NCBI GenBank assembly: GCA_035503055.1
Contig: DATJTV010000072.1
Span: 1-56,877, forward strand
Source of the DNA: Acetobacteraceae bacterium
Lineage (GTDB): Bacteria > Pseudomonadota > Alphaproteobacteria > Acetobacterales > Acetobacteraceae
Length of the DNA stretch: 56,877 bases
Reading direction: 5' to 3'
Shown here in pieces: positions 8,715-17,584 of this stretch (within the stretch, counting starts at the first letter, position 1; each line of letters starts with the position of its first letter). The notes below the pieces were generated by a model. It was given only the letters and a program-made list of their open reading frames with translations. It did no database searches and had not been told where the DNA came from. A program made the position numbers and the translations under genes.

Positions 8715-9557
8715 ATGGCCGGCAAGGCCGCGCGGTCCCTGGCGAAGGTTCTCGTCGTGCTCTTCTTCATGTTCCCGATCTTCTGGATCCTCGTCATGTC
8801 GTTTCAGACGAACGGCGAGATCCTTTCGCTGCCGCCCAAGCTCGTCTTCACGCCGACGCTGCTGAACTACGCCTCGCTGCTGGTCGGACACCTCAAGACG
8901 TCGGTCGGCATGCTGACCATCACGTTCATGCGCAACGTCATGAACTCCTTCATCCTTTCCGCGGGTTCCGTGGCCCTCGCCCTGGTGCTCGGCGTGCCGG
9001 CGGCCTACGCCTTCGCACGTTTCAAGTTCCGCTTCAGCGAGGACATCGCGTTCACCCTGCTCTCGCTCAAGTTCGCGCCGGCGCTGCTGGTCGTGCTGCC
9101 CGTGGCGCTCGAGTTCCAGCAGATCGGGCTCGACAATACCTATGTCGGCCTGATCTGGATCTATCAGCTGATCACCCTGCCCTTGATTCTCTGGATCGTG
9201 CGCAGCTACTTCGAGGATGTGAGCCCGGACATCGAATATGCCTATCGGGTGGACGGGCATTCATGGCTCGGCGGTTTCGTCAAGATCGCGATCCCGCTCG
9301 CCGGCCCCGGCATCGCTGCGGCCGGCCTCCTGGCGTTCATCTTCGCCTGGAACGATTTCATCTTCGCCCTTGTCCTCGCCTCCGGCCCGAAACAGCCGGT
9401 GACGGTGGGCGCGCTCGCCTTCGTGACTGCCTCGGGGATCCAGTACGGGCAGATCGCCGCCGCGGTCGTCCTCTCGATCATCCCGACCTTCGCGATTGCG
9501 CTCTACGCGCAGCGCTGGCTCGTCGAGGGCCTGAGCCTGGGAGCGGTCAAGGGGTGA
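8715..9557 (+). CDS. CUT1 sugar ABC transporter permease (MalG/UgpE-like)
   Basis: 280 aa, EAA-like loop (EYAYRVDGHSWLGGFVKIAIP), tightly packed with its neighbours. Confidence 0.9.
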   Translation: MAGKAARSLAKVLVVLFFMFPIFWILVMSFQTNGEILSLPPKLVFTPTLLNYASLLVGHLKTSVGMLTITFMRNVMNSFILSAGSVALALVLGVPAAYAFARFKFRFSEDIAFTLLSLKFAPALLVVLPVALEFQQIGLDNTYVGLIWIYQLITLPLILWIVRSYFEDVSPDIEYAYRVDGHSWLGGFVKIAIPLAGPGIAAAGLLAFIFAWNDFIFALVLASGPKQPVTVGALAFVTASGIQYGQIAAAVVLSIIPTFAIALYAQRWLVEGLSLGAVKG

Positions 9558-10648
9558 GCGCGCTCGATGTGACATCCCTCTCGGTCGGGTTCGGCGATCG
9601 TCAGGTGCTGCGCGGTGTCTCCTTCGATGTGGGCGCCGGCGAGACCGTGGTTCTTTTCGGCCCCTCGGGTGTCGGCAAGACGGTGATGCTGCGGGCGATC
9701 GCCGGGCTCGAGCCGCGCGCGCGCGGACGGATCGTCCTCAATGGTCGCGACGTCAGCGCCGCGCCGCCGGAGGCGCGGCGGATCGGGATGGCGTTTCAGA
9801 ATTTCGCGCTCTATCCGCATATGACGGCCTTCGAGAACGTCGCGAGCCCGCTCAATGCCCAAGGGATCGCGGCGCCGGCGATGGGCGAGCGCGTGCGGGC
9901 GCTCGCCAGGCTGCTGAAGATCGACCATGTGCTCGAGCACCTGCCGCGGCAGCTTTCGAACGGCCAGAAGCAGCGCACGGCGCTCGCCCGCGCCCTCGTG
10001 GGCGAGCCGGATCTCGTGCTGTTCGACGATCCGCTGCGCAATGTCGATGCCAAGCTCCGCTACGAGATGCGGATCGAGCTGCCGCGGCTCCTCGCGCGCC
10101 GGGCGACGCCTTCGCTCTACGTAACGCAGGATTTTCGCGAGGCGATGGCGATCGGCGAGCGCGTCGCCGTGCTGGTCGAAGGCGGGATCGCACAGCTCGC
10201 CTCCGGGGCGGAGGTTTACGAGCGGCCGGCGACGCTCGCCGTGGCGCGGTTGTTCGGCGATCCGCCAATGAACCTCGTTCCGGCGCAGGCCGAGGCGCGG
10301 GGCGGCGGCGTGCTGGTGCGGGCGGCGGGGCTCGGCTTCGGGTTCGCGACGGAAATGCCGGACGACCCCATCTTCGGGATCCGGCCGGAAGGGCTCGTGC
10401 TTCATCGGGATTCCGGGCCGGGCCGAACGGCGGCGAAGATCCTTGCCGTGACGCCGGCCAGCGAGCAGTACGTCGTGCTGGCGCGGACGGAGGGCGGGAT
10501 CGAGCTTCTCCTGAGCCGGGAGACGCCGCCGCCGTCCGAGGGCACCGAGGTGTGGATCGGCGCGGCGCGCGGCTCCGGCGCCCTGTTCGACCGGACGAGC
10601 GGGCTCTGCATGAGCAACGCTCCCGTGATGGAAGAAGCGGTCGCATGA
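9554..10648 (+). CDS. MalK/UgpC-like ABC ATPase with degenerate catalytic motifs
   Basis: GTG start at 9554 overlaps the permease stop (GTGA). Walker A GPSGVGKT is intact. The signature is LSNGQ, Walker B is LVLFDD (Asp for the catalytic Glu) and the H-loop position is Gln (YVTQDF). A TOBE-like C-terminal domain is present. Confidence 0.8.
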   Translation: MSALDVTSLSVGFGDRQVLRGVSFDVGAGETVVLFGPSGVGKTVMLRAIAGLEPRARGRIVLNGRDVSAAPPEARRIGMAFQNFALYPHMTAFENVASPLNAQGIAAPAMGERVRALARLLKIDHVLEHLPRQLSNGQKQRTALARALVGEPDLVLFDDPLRNVDAKLRYEMRIELPRLLARRATPSLYVTQDFREAMAIGERVAVLVEGGIAQLASGAEVYERPATLAVARLFGDPPMNLVPAQAEARGGGVLVRAAGLGFGFATEMPDDPIFGIRPEGLVLHRDSGPGRTAAKILAVTPASEQYVVLARTEGGIELLLSRETPPPSEGTEVWIGAARGSGALFDRTSGLCMSNAPVMEEAVA

Positions 10649-11730
10649 GTCTCGCCCTCGCTGCGGTGAGCAAGCTCTACGGCGCGGGCTCGGCGCACGC
10701 GGTGCAGGCGGTGCGCGACCTCGATCTCGAGATCGGGGAGGGCGAGATCATCGCGCTGCACGGCTCGTCGGGCTGCGGCAAGACGACGACGCTGCGGATG
10801 GTGGCGGGATTCGAGAGCGTAACGAAAGGCGAGATCCGTCTGCGCGGGCGGAGGATCGACCGGCTGGCGCCGGCCCGGAGGCGGGTTGCCATGGCGTTCG
10901 AGGGCTATGCGCTCTATCCGCCGCTGACGATCGCGGAAAATATCGGCTTCGCGCTGCGCGGGAAGAAGTCGGCCGCGAAGGCCGAGGTGCGGGAGATCGC
11001 CGAGCTTCTCGAGATCGGCCCCATTCTCGATCGCCGGCCGAGCGGCCTCTCGGGCGGGCAGCAGCAGCGCGCCTCGCTCGCCCGCGCGCTGATCCGCGAC
11101 GCCGAGCTTCATCTGCTCGACGAGCCGATGGGCCAGCTCGAGCCGCAGCTTCGCGCGGTGCTGCGCGGGCGGGTGAAGGCACGGATCCGCGAGCGCAACT
11201 ATACCGCGGTCCTGGTGACGCACGATCAGGGCGAAGCCAACGCCATGGCCGACCGGATCGCGGTGATGGAAGCGGGCAGGCTGGAGCAGTTCGGCACGCC
11301 GGACGAGCTGCACGAAAGGCCCGCGAACCTTTTCGTCGCGACCTTCTTCGGCGAGCCGCCGATGAACACCTTGCCCGCGGTGGCGAGCGAGGATGGCTAC
11401 GACGTGCTCGACGAGGACGCGGCCGTCGTGATGCGCGTGCCCGCCGCGGAGCGGGCGGCACCGAAGGGGACGCGGGTGGTGCTCGGGTTGCGTCCGCGCC
11501 GGCTCGAGCTCGGCGGCACGATGCAGCAAGGCACCGTGGTCTCGAATCAGTGGCTGGGCAACCAGGCGCATGTCGCGCTCGAGGTGGCGGGACGGATGCT
11601 GATCGCCGTTCGGCCGGCGCGCGTCGCGGCGCGTGTCGGCGAGACGATCGGCCTCGGCTTCGATCCCGCGCATCTTCATGTCTTCGACGCGGCGAGCGGC
11701 GCCGCGCTCGCGCATCGCCGCGAGGCATGA
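10645..11730 (+). CDS. MalK/UgpC-like ABC ATPase, canonical catalytic motifs
   Basis: ATGA overlap with the preceding gene. Motifs are [23 protein letters not shown] and LVTHDQ. The Q-loop Gln is replaced by Glu (MAFEGYALYP). Confidence 0.85.
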   Translation: MSLALAAVSKLYGAGSAHAVQAVRDLDLEIGEGEIIALHGSSGCGKTTTLRMVAGFESVTKGEIRLRGRRIDRLAPARRRVAMAFEGYALYPPLTIAENIGFALRGKKSAAKAEVREIAELLEIGPILDRRPSGLSGGQQQRASLARALIRDAELHLLDEPMGQLEPQLRAVLRGRVKARIRERNYTAVLVTHDQGEANAMADRIAVMEAGRLEQFGTPDELHERPANLFVATFFGEPPMNTLPAVASEDGYDVLDEDAAVVMRVPAAERAAPKGTRVVLGLRPRRLELGGTMQQGTVVSNQWLGNQAHVALEVAGRMLIAVRPARVAARVGETIGLGFDPAHLHVFDAASGAALAHRREA

Positions 11731-13292
11731 GCATGCGCCGCGTTCTTCTCGCCCTCGACGCCGGCACCTCGATGATCAAGGCGGTGGCGTTCGATCTCGA
11801 GGGAAGGGCGGTGGCGAGCAGGACGCGCGCCAACGCCTACGCGGAGGCGCCGGGCGGGGTTGCGGAGCAGGACATGGCGTGGACGTGGGAGGCCGCGTCG
11901 GCGACGCTGCGCGCGCTGGTGGCCGAGCTGGACGGGGCGGAGATCGTCGGGCTCGCCGTCACCGCGCAGGGAGACGGGACCTGGCTCGTCGATGCGGCGG
12001 GAGAGCCGGCCGGCCCGGCGCTGCTCTGGCTCGATGGCCGGGCCGGCCCCATCGTCGAGCGGATCCGCGCCGGCTCGGCGGGGCGCGCGGTCTTCGAGGA
12101 GGCGGGCACCGGGCCGGCTTCCTGCCACCAATCGGGCCAGCTCCTCTGGCTCGGCGAGAACCGGCCCGATCAGCTCCGCCGCGCAGCGACGGCGATGCAC
12201 TGCAAGGACTGGCTCTACTTCAAGCTCACCGGCGTGCGCGCGACGGATCCCTCCGAGGCCTGCTTCACCTTCGGCTCCTGGCGCCGGCGGGACTACTCGG
12301 ATACGACGATCGCGGCGCTCGGCCTGAACTTCCGCCGGCATCTGCTGCCGCCGATCGTCGACGGCACGAGGACGCATCACGGGCTCACGGAGGAGGCCGC
12401 GGCGCGGCTCGGCATGAAGCCGGGCATGCCCGTGGTGCTCGGTTACGTGGACGTGCTGTGCGGCGCGCTCGGCGCCGGCATTTACGGCACGGGGGAAGAG
12501 TGCGGCATTTCGATCGTCGGCAGCACAGGCATGAACATGCGGCTCGCCGACGAGGATTTCGAGCGGCCGGCGGATGCGCCGCTGAGCGGCTACCGGATGG
12601 TCATGCCGGTTCCCGGCAAGACGGCGCTGATGCAGTCGACCCTTGCGGCGACGCTGAATATCGACTGGCTGAGCGGCATCGCGGAGCAGGCCGCGCTTCT
12701 CGCGGGGCACGCGAGCGAGCGCGCGGCGATGCTCGCTTCGCTCGATGCCGCCGTGCTGACGGCGCCGCCGGCGCGGGCGATGTACCATCCCTACATATCG
12801 GCCGCCGGCGAGCGCGGCCCGTTCACCGATGCGCGGGCGCGGGCGTCCTTCGCGGGGATCGACCGTGGCCTGGATCTCGCCGGTCTCATGCGCACCGTCT
12901 ATGAGGGCCTCGCCCTCGCGGCGGGCGACTGTTATGCGGCGATGGGCGGCGCGCCTCGCGTGGTGAGCCTGACCGGCGGCGCGGCGCGGTCCGCAGCGCT
13001 GCGCCGGATCCTTGCGGCCATGCTCGATCGTCCCGTGCGCACGGTGCGCGAGCCCGGCGGCGGCACGCTCGGGGCGGCGATGATCGCCGCGGTGTCCCTC
13101 GGGATCGTTCCGGACATGGCGACGGCGGCGAGGCGCTGGGTGGCGCCCCTGCTCGCGGAGCCCGAAGCGCCCGACCCGGCGCTCGCACGAGCCTACGCGC
13201 CGCTGCCGCCGATCTTTCGCTCGTTGCAGAGCGCGATGACGGAGTTCTGGCATCGTTTCGGGGAGTATCGGGAGAGCCGTGATGTCTTCTGA
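11727..13292 (+). CDS. FGGY-family carbohydrate kinase
   Basis: ATGA-coupled start. N-terminal LALDAGTSMIKAVAFD phosphate-1 motif; 521 aa, a typical FGGY length. Confidence 0.85.
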   Translation: MSMRRVLLALDAGTSMIKAVAFDLEGRAVASRTRANAYAEAPGGVAEQDMAWTWEAASATLRALVAELDGAEIVGLAVTAQGDGTWLVDAAGEPAGPALLWLDGRAGPIVERIRAGSAGRAVFEEAGTGPASCHQSGQLLWLGENRPDQLRRAATAMHCKDWLYFKLTGVRATDPSEACFTFGSWRRRDYSDTTIAALGLNFRRHLLPPIVDGTRTHHGLTEEAAARLGMKPGMPVVLGYVDVLCGALGAGIYGTGEECGISIVGSTGMNMRLADEDFERPADAPLSGYRMVMPVPGKTALMQSTLAATLNIDWLSGIAEQAALLAGHASERAAMLASLDAAVLTAPPARAMYHPYISAAGERGPFTDARARASFAGIDRGLDLAGLMRTVYEGLALAAGDCYAAMGGAPRVVSLTGGAARSAALRRILAAMLDRPVRTVREPGGGTLGAAMIAAVSLGIVPDMATAARRWVAPLLAEPEAPDPALARAYAPLPPIFRSLQSAMTEFWHRFGEYRESRDVF

Positions 13293-14358
13293 GCCAGCGA
13301 CCGAGTGCGCGGTGATCGGCGACAATTTCATGCAGCCCGGGATGTTCGAGGCGGCGATCCGCGCCCGCTGCGGCGCGCGCGTTTCTCTGCGCTGCATGAC
13401 GCTGCCTTGGCCGGATGCGCCGATGAAGCACGGCTATGCCGAGCATGGGCTCGACGGGCTCAAGGAGTATCAGGGCGATCCGGACGAGATCGTGCGCTTC
13501 GTCGGCGCCGCCGCGATCCTGGTCACCCAGCTCGCGCCGGTCTCGGCGCCGATGCTGGCGCGGATGCCGGCGCTCCGGCTGATCGCGGTCTCGCGCGGCG
13601 GGCCGGTGAATATCGACATGGACGCCGCCGACGCGCACGGCGTGCGGGTGGTCAACACGCCCGGGCGCAATGCCTCGGCGGTCGCCGAGTTCACGATCGG
13701 CGCCATCCTCGCGGAGACGCGATTGCTGAGAAGCGGCCACGAATCGCTCCGCGCCGGGGTTTGGCGCGGCGATCTCTACCGCGCCGACCTCACCGGGCGC
13801 GAGCTCGGCGAGCTCAGCGTCGGCGTGGTCGGGTACGGCCATGTCGGCACGCGCGTCGTGCGGCTGCTCAAGCCTTTCGGCTGCCGCGTGCTCGTCGCGG
13901 ACCCCTACGTCCAGCTCAGCCGGGAGGACCGCGACGATGGCGTCGAACAGGTGGCACTCGCGCGGCTGCTGGGCGCGGCGGACGTGGTCAGCCTGCATGC
14001 GCGCGTCACCGCCGAGACGACGGGCTTCATCGGCGCGGCCGACTTCGCCGCGATGCGCCCGGGGGCCTATTTCATCAACACCGCGCGCGGCCCGCTGGTC
14101 GATTACGAGGCGCTGATCGCGGCGCTTCAATCCGGCCGGCTCTCGGGCGCTGCGCTCGACACGTTCGCGATCGAGCCCGCGCCGGCAGGATGGAAGCTCC
14201 TCGGCCTGCCGAACGTGACGCTCACGCCGCATATCGCCGGCGCCTCGGTGCGCACCGTGAAGGTGGCGGCGGAGGCGGTGGCCGAGGAGGTGCGGCGCTT
14301 CGTCGCGGGCGAGCCGCCGCGCCATCCCTGCAACGGCGCTTTATCAGCGAAAGGGTGA
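13279..14358 (+). CDS. D-isomer-specific 2-hydroxyacid dehydrogenase family, NAD-binding
   Basis: GVVGYGHVGTRV Rossmann motif and the C-terminal LTPHIAGAS catalytic-His region. The start is GTG 13279 or ATG 13282. Confidence 0.85.
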   Translation: MMSSEPATECAVIGDNFMQPGMFEAAIRARCGARVSLRCMTLPWPDAPMKHGYAEHGLDGLKEYQGDPDEIVRFVGAAAILVTQLAPVSAPMLARMPALRLIAVSRGGPVNIDMDAADAHGVRVVNTPGRNASAVAEFTIGAILAETRLLRSGHESLRAGVWRGDLYRADLTGRELGELSVGVVGYGHVGTRVVRLLKPFGCRVLVADPYVQLSREDRDDGVEQVALARLLGAADVVSLHARVTAETTGFIGAADFAAMRPGAYFINTARGPLVDYEALIAALQSGRLSGAALDTFAIEPAPAGWKLLGLPNVTLTPHIAGASVRTVKVAAEAVAEEVRRFVAGEPPRHPCNGALSAKG

Positions 14359-14362
14359 ACGC

Positions 14363-15019
14363 ATGACCGAAGCCAAGATCCGGCAAGCCATCGTCGAAGC
14401 CTGCCGGCACATGAATGCGATCGGCATCAACCAGGGCATGTCGGGGAATATCAGCGTGCGGGAGGGAAAGACCATGCTGATCACCCCTTCGGCCGTGCCC
14501 TACCACGAGATGCGCGCCGAGGACATCGCGGCGATGCCGATCGAAGGCGAGTACGGGCAATGGAAAGGCCGGCTCAAGCCGTCGACGGAGTGGCGATTCC
14601 ATCTCGACATCATGCGCGCGCGGCCGGAGGCGGCCGCGATCGTGCACACCCACGCCACCCACTGCACCGTGCTCGCGATCGCGCGCAAGGAGATCCCGGC
14701 CTGCCACTACATGATGGCGGCGTTCGGGGGAACGAGCGTGCGTGTCGCCGACTACGCGACGTTCGGCACGAGCGAGCTTTCGAGGAACGCGCTCAAGGCG
14801 CTCGAGGGCCGCTCGGCCTGCCTGCTCGCCAATCACGGGATGATCGTGTTCGGATCGAGCCTGGCGCGGGCGATGTGGGCGGCGGTCGAGCTGGAGACGA
14901 TCGCCAAGCAATACTATCTGAGCCTTCTCATTGGTGGTCCGCAGATCCTGAGCGATGAAGAGATCGCCGAGACGGCGCGCAAGTTCGGGTCCTACGGCGC
15001 GCAGGACAAGGCCGCGTGA
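14363..15019 (+). CDS. Class II aldolase/adducin-family protein (fuculose-P aldolase / ribulose-5-P 4-epimerase-like)
   Basis: 218 aa. Metal-binding VHTHATH motif and N-terminal NQGMSGNISVR motif. Confidence 0.85.
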   Translation: MTEAKIRQAIVEACRHMNAIGINQGMSGNISVREGKTMLITPSAVPYHEMRAEDIAAMPIEGEYGQWKGRLKPSTEWRFHLDIMRARPEAAAIVHTHATHCTVLAIARKEIPACHYMMAAFGGTSVRVADYATFGTSELSRNALKALEGRSACLLANHGMIVFGSSLARAMWAAVELETIAKQYYLSLLIGGPQILSDEEIAETARKFGSYGAQDKAA

Positions 15020-16539
15020 ACCAGGGCCGGGCGGATCGGGGCTCGGCGAACGGCGCCTACGACCTCGTGATCATCGGCGGAGGGATCAACGGCGCGGGCA
15101 TCGCCCGCGACGCGGCCGGGCGCGGGCTGAAGGTGCTGCTGGCCGAGAAGGGCGATCTCGCGGAAGGCACGTCCTCGCGCTCGGGGAAGCTCGTGCATGG
15201 CGGGTTGCGCTATCTCGAATATTACGAGTTCCGCCTGGTGCGGGAGGCGCTGATCGAGCGCGAGGTGCTGCTCGCGGCCGCGCCGCACATCATCCGGCCG
15301 ATGCGGTTCGTGCTGCCGCACGCGCCGAACCAGCGCCCGGCGATCCTGATCCGGATCGGGCTCTTCCTCTACGACCATCTGGGCGGGCGGCGGACGCTGC
15401 CCGGCTCCCGCCGGCTGGACCTCGCGCATGCGCCGGAGGGTGCGCCGATCCGGGACGATTTCCATGTCGGGTTCGAATATGCGGATTGCTGGGTCGACGA
15501 TGCCCGCCTCGTCGTTCTCAACGCGCTCGACGCCGCGGCACGTGGGGCCCAAGTGCTGACGCGGACGAAAGTGGCGCGGGCGCGGCGGGAGGACGGAGCC
15601 TGGCGCGTGGCGCTCCGGGCCGAGGACGGCGCCGAGCGGGAGGTCACGGCGCGCATCCTCGCGAACGCGGCCGGGCCTTGGGTCGAGCAGGTGCTGAACG
15701 AAGTGGTGGGCGAGAACGCGCGGCGGCATGTGCGGCTGGTCAAGGGCAGCCATATCGTCGTGCGAAAATTCTGGGAGGGCCCGCAAGCCTATATCCTGCA
15801 GAACGACGACCGGCGGGTGATCTTCGTCGTCCCCTACCAGGAAGATCTCTGCCTGATCGGCACCACCGACATCCCGTTCGCGGCGGCGCCGGAGGAGGCC
15901 GCGATCGAGGAAACGGAGCGCCGCTATCTCCTTGGCGTCGTCAACCGCTATATGCGCCGCGTCCTCACCGAGCGCGACATCGTGTACGAATATTCGGGTG
16001 TGCGCCCGCTCTACGACGATGAGGCTTCCAACCCCTCGGCGGTGACGCGGGATTACGTGCTGGATCTCGAGGGCGGCGCGGGCCGGCCGCCCCTGCTTTC
16101 CGTCTTCGGCGGCAAGATCACCACCTATCGCAAGCTGGCCGAGCACGCGCTCGCGAAACTGAAGCCCTTCTGTCCCGGTCTTGCCGGCCCATGGACGGCG
16201 CACGAGAAGCTGCCCGGCGGGGACATTCCGGGAGGCGAGCCGGAGAAGTTCGCGGGCGCGCTGGCACGGCAGTTTCCCGAATTGCCGGGCCAGCTGCTGG
16301 CGCTTTATGCGCGGCAATACGGGACAAGGGCGGCGGCGCTGCTCGACGGCGCGCGGACGGTGTCCGATCTCGGCCGGCACTTCGGCGGCCTTCTCTTCGA
16401 GCGCGAGGCCCGCTTCCTGCGCCGGACCGAATGGGCGAGGACCGAAGAGGACGTGCTGACCCGGCGCACCGCGCACCACCTTTCCTTGAGCCCGGCCGAG
16501 CGGGAGCGGTTCGCCGCGTGGTTCGCGAAGATGGGCTGA
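15016..16539 (+). CDS. FAD-dependent glycerol-3-phosphate dehydrogenase family (GlpD/EryB-like)
   Basis: GTGA-coupled start. DLVIIGGGINGAGIARDAAGRG dinucleotide fold, 507 aa, with a GlpD-type C-terminal domain. Confidence 0.85.
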   Translation: MNQGRADRGSANGAYDLVIIGGGINGAGIARDAAGRGLKVLLAEKGDLAEGTSSRSGKLVHGGLRYLEYYEFRLVREALIEREVLLAAAPHIIRPMRFVLPHAPNQRPAILIRIGLFLYDHLGGRRTLPGSRRLDLAHAPEGAPIRDDFHVGFEYADCWVDDARLVVLNALDAAARGAQVLTRTKVARARREDGAWRVALRAEDGAEREVTARILANAAGPWVEQVLNEVVGENARRHVRLVKGSHIVVRKFWEGPQAYILQNDDRRVIFVVPYQEDLCLIGTTDIPFAAAPEEAAIEETERRYLLGVVNRYMRRVLTERDIVYEYSGVRPLYDDEASNPSAVTRDYVLDLEGGAGRPPLLSVFGGKITTYRKLAEHALAKLKPFCPGLAGPWTAHEKLPGGDIPGGEPEKFAGALARQFPELPGQLLALYARQYGTRAAALLDGARTVSDLGRHFGGLLFEREARFLRRTEWARTEEDVLTRRTAHHLSLSPAERERFAAWFAKMG

Positions 16540-17562
16540 TCAGGCGGGGAGCGGAGCGTCCTTGCGCAACAGGCCTTCGTGCTTGAGCTCCGACCAGAGA
16601 TCGGCGGGAATGCTTTCCGACATCAGGGAAATGTTGGCGACGACCTCGCCCGCATGCGCAGCACCGGGGACGATGGCGGCGACGACGGGATGACCGAGGG
16701 GAAACTGGATCGCCGCGGCGGCCAGGGTTACGGAGTGGCGCAGGCAGATCTCCTCGATGCGCCTGGTCTTCTCGAGAATCGCAGGCGGCGCCGGCTTGTA
16801 GTTGTATTTCGCACCCGCGACCGGGCCGGTGGCGAGGATGCCGGAATTGAAGGGGCCGGCGAGGAGGATGCTCACGCCCTTCCGCTCGAGCAGCGGCATG
16901 AGCTCGTCGAGCGGGTCCTGCTCGAGCAGCGTGTAGCGGCCGGCCAGCATCAGCGCGTCGATGTCCGTTTCCGTAACGAACCGGCGAGCCGCGGCGATCT
17001 CGTTCACCCCGACGCCGACCGCCTTGATGGTGCCGCCGGCGCGGAGCTCGGCGAGCGCGCGGTACGCGCCGCCGGCGGCCTCGCGGAAGCGCTCCTCGAA
17101 GGCGGCCTCGGTGCCGTGGGTCCAGACATCGACGTCGTGGATCAGGGCGATGTCGATGCGCTCGATGCCGAGCCGCTGAAAGCTCTGCTCGAGCGCGCGC
17201 ATCGTACCGTCGTAGCTGTAGTCGAAGCGGGGCTGCATGTTGAGCCCGCCGGCCCATTGCCCGCGATCGATCTCGGCCGGGGCGGTCGGGACCAGGTAGC
17301 GCCCGACCTTGGTGGAAAGCACGTAGCTGTCGCGCGGCTGGCGGCGGAGGACGTGACCGAAACGATGCTCGGAGAGGCCGTAGCCGTAGAAGGGCGCGGT
17401 ATCGAAGAGACGGATGCCGCGCTGATAGGCGGTCTCGATCGTTGCGAGCGCGCGGTCCTCCGGGAGGCGCTCGTAGAGATCGCCGAGCGGCGCGCCGCCG
17501 AGACCGAGACAGGGGACGGCCATGCCGCGGCGGCCGAGAGGGCGGTGGTGGGCGATGTCCAT
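16540..17562 (-). CDS. Aldo/keto reductase (aldose 1-dehydrogenase-like)
   Basis: Start moved to ATG 17562 (MDIAHHRPLGRRGMAVPCLGLGGAPLG), preceded by AAGGAAAAGG. AKR motifs DTAPFYGYG..E are present. It is the last gene of the minus-strand sugar ABC operon. Confidence 0.85.
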   Translation of the reverse strand: MDIAHHRPLGRRGMAVPCLGLGGAPLGDLYERLPEDRALATIETAYQRGIRLFDTAPFYGYGLSEHRFGHVLRRQPRDSYVLSTKVGRYLVPTAPAEIDRGQWAGGLNMQPRFDYSYDGTMRALEQSFQRLGIERIDIALIHDVDVWTHGTEAAFEERFREAAGGAYRALAELRAGGTIKAVGVGVNEIAAARRFVTETDIDALMLAGRYTLLEQDPLDELMPLLERKGVSILLAGPFNSGILATGPVAGAKYNYKPAPPAILEKTRRIEEICLRHSVTLAAAAIQFPLGHPVVAAIVPGAAHAGEVVANISLMSESIPADLWSELKHEGLLRKDAPLPA

Positions 17563-17584
17563 GCTGCCTTTTCCTTTGCTGCCG

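Noticed and set aside
7670-8797. A 375-aa minus-strand ORF spanning the 14-bp repeat and the permease gene.
   Set aside because: It is antisense to a well-supported MalF-like permease. Its translation is charged and low-complexity (runs of D, E, R, H, Q) with no motifs.
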